60,758 bases of DNA from Basidiobolus meristosporus CBS 931.73 (Eukaryota > Fungi > Basidiobolomycota), in assembly GCA_002104905.1 (NCBI GenBank), contig MCFE01000538.1, forward strand, positions 1 to 60,758, written 5' to 3'. Numbering within the stretch: position 1 is the first letter of the stretch; the number at the start of each line of letters is the position of its first letter. The notes below the pieces were generated by a model. That model did no database searches. It was not told the DNA's origin and worked only from the letters and a program-made list of their open reading frames with translations. Shown here one piece after another: positions 58,293 through 60,758 of the stretch. The translations under genes were made by a program, and so were the position numbers.

Positions 58293-60758
58293 ATGAACTC
58301 TATGCCATTACCACTCTCACATGGAGCCCCACAGTTTGATGGAAAGAATGTGGAAAGCTTCATATTCAAATGGGAGAAGCTCTGCAAGATGTGCAGTCTA
58401 TCTGAGCAAGAAATGGCTGAAGACTTCCCCTACTACTGCACCGATGATATTACCACTAAGCTTCTCAGACAAGGAGACATTCTCACTGACTGGGCCTTAA
58501 TGAAGACCTACCTACAGACTGAGTATGGTAGACCCCAGATATACTATGGAATTGAAGATCTCAGGCACTTTGGAAGAACTGGACTTTCCAAGCTACCACT
58601 TGAAGAGTTCATTCAACAGTATGAAGATATGGCCAAGCCACTCCTAGAGTCCCAGGCTATAACTGAGTTTACCATGACACTTTACCTTGCACAAGGGCTT
58701 CCCCAGGACTTGGCAAGGAAAGTTGACTTACATGCTGCCAAGGATGACAAGTCTGGCATTCCTTGCTTTGCAGAGATGAAACGTGTTCTCCTAGAGGCAA
58801 AGCAAACTTCTACCTTTATGAGACTCCTGACATCTAATCTGCCAGACCAGTCAACCAAGGAGCCAAGGAGTGCTGCTGCTGACAATCAGACCTACACTAC
58901 CGACAGAATTGACCAACTTGCTGAACAGTTACAAAAGCTAGCCCTCAAGATTAATGGCTCAGCTGAGGTTCCTACTGAGGGACAAAGACCTTTGCCCAGG
59001 CACTGCATCTGGTGTGACTCTACTCAGCATGCCAGACGAGAATGCTCAGAGCTTAGTCAGCTACTCAGAGAAGGAGCAGTACAGTTTGATGCTGATGGAA
59101 TGCTTGCTGACAAGGAAGGAAGGAGGATTCCCACTAATTTCCGAAGAGGAGGGATGAGAGCCCTTTTCCAGAAATCTGACTCAGCAACCAGAAAGATTAC
59201 TGTTGATGCCCCTATTGGGACCCATAAAGTGAGTCCAAGCAGCTCTGACAACAGACAATATGAAGTTGATGCCTTTGCTACCAAAAGACACCTCCCTGAA
59301 GAACCTGCCAAACCCATCCTTAGAAGACCACGATTTGAAGAACCTGAAGTTGTTATTGACAGGAGGCCTAGTATGCTGCCCACCCAAGATCCATTGCCTC
59401 ACTTTCAGATGACCTCAAAGATAGCAAGCTACTCAAGCCCTCAACTGATTACTGAGAAGCTGCTGAAGCAGAACCTCACTTTGTCGGTTGGAGAAATCAT
59501 GAGTGTATCCCCATCTGTTAGGAAGACCTTTGATGAGCAGCTTAGAACAAGACGACAAGCTGTTGAACATATGGACACCCATATTATTCACACAAACCAT
59601 GAAGACCACCAAAAAGATGACAACACTACTGAGTATAAGACCTTTTACTCAGTTGCAACTGCTGTGGTGAAAGGATATATATATGATGACCCTGTTGACT
59701 GCCATATTGACAGTGGCTCAGAGATTTGTGTTATGCCGCTAGACTTCTGGAAGACACTTAGAAACAAGGAGCTACTGCCTGTTGATAGAGATATTGGATG
59801 GAACATGACTGATGCAAACTCAGGATCTAGTCCACTCTACGGTGTAGTGCACAAGTTCCCTATTGAGGTACAAGGAATCAAGGTCTGGCTTCCCCTCTTC
59901 ATCTGCCAGAAGGCAAACTTTGACCTTCTGCTAGGTAGACCATGGGAAACCAGTACTAAGGCTACAACTACCAACTATTCCAATGGGTCAGTATGGTACA
60001 CCATACAAGGATCCAATCCAGGACTACAGTCAACCTTCTGTGGTGTAACACCCAACAATAAGAGGACACATACTGCTTGCCAGAAGACACATCTTGTTAT
60101 GGAAGAAGATGAAGAGCCTGACAATATACACCCCAACATTTGGAGCTGCTCATTAGGTATACAGGAGCAAACAGCTATGGTTCAAACAAAATACAAGACA
60201 GTAGAACAGAAGATTAGACCATCACTTACACCTTTGACTGATGGATCCCGACCTGCTGATTACATTAGACCACCAGAAGAAACACCAGATGATACACGAC
60301 TTACACCTGAGAGACTTAAGCAACTTATCATTGGTGATGGAAACCTTACACCAGAGGAGATACTATTATTTAAGGAGACCTTGAAAAGGCATGATAAGGT
60401 CTTCTCATATAATGACAAGGAGATGGGACTCTTAAAGACATCGGTTGAAAAACCCATCAAGATTCATACAGTGCCCCACACACCCTGGTCATTTAAGCCT
60501 TACCCACTGCCCAGAGGACTCCAAGCTGATGTGCATGACCTACTTAAGAAGAAGATAGAAGCTGGTATCCTAGAACCTTGCCATGGGCCCTATGCTAACA
60601 GATGGTTTGTAACCAAAAAGAAGAATGGAAAGCTCCGATTCATTCAAGACATGCAACCTGCAAATGCTGTCACTATCAGAGATGCTGCTATACCTCCATC
60701 TATTGATGACTTTGCAGAAAGCTTTAGTGGCCACTCCATCTACTCAACATACGATCTC
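58293..60758 (+). mobile_element. Ty3/gypsy gag-pol polyprotein ORF (3'-partial, open to the window end)
   Basis: 822 codons with no stop (hand-translated): gag (APQFDGKNVESFIFKWE), zinc knuckle CIWCDSTQHARREC, DUF4100-like segment (LSVGEIMSVSPSVR), protease HIDSGSEI...LLGRPW, RT start (GILEPCHGPYANRWFVTKKKNGKLRFIQDMQPAN). Protease followed by RT indicates gypsy order. Confidence 0.93.

Noticed and set aside
58081-58296. ORF whose stop overlaps the gag ATG (ATGA)
   Set aside because: It has no ATG start and spans the LTR end and PBS; likely incidental.

Overview
Eukaryotic genomic DNA from an intron-rich fungus (short ~50-75 nt GT-AG introns with CTAAC/CTGAC branch sites). The gene content (Sho1, Ecl1 and GT34 alongside an APH-1 gamma-secretase subunit) suggests an early-diverging, non-Dikarya lineage; this is inference. 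Bases ~1-48,300 are gene-dense: Sho1 (3' part), 6-phosphogluconolactonase, OHCU decarboxylase, a divergent calmodulin-like protein, an LDAH-type lipase, APH-1, a stand-alone voltage-sensor-like membrane protein, a formin, Tim9, fused siroheme synthase, a GT34 glycosyltransferase, mitoribosomal mL41, TMEM170, Ecl1, DNA ligase IV, short/branched-chain acyl-CoA dehydrogenase, a GAD/CSAD-type decarboxylase, FAD synthetase, a two-finger GATA factor, mitochondrial release factor mtRF-R, and three small orphan ORFs. Several of these are spliced and are absent or only fragmentary in the ORF track. Bases ~48,400-60,758 are a strongly CpG-depleted repeat block: two decayed copies of an unknown minus-strand ORF, an old LTR fragment, a truncated CACTA-type transposase, and the 5' end of a Ty3/gypsy element (1.07 kb LTR, tRNA-Lys-type PBS, uninterrupted gag-pol ORF running off the window). 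Best leads: the pore-less voltage-sensor protein; fungal APH-1; a shared Y[VI]SFPx[VI]E[DE] motif in two orphan proteins 22 kb apart; an mL41 intron that only works with a GG acceptor; and direct evidence of CpG-to-TpG/CpA hypermutation of repeats. All exon structures and counts were worked out by hand; no database search was run.
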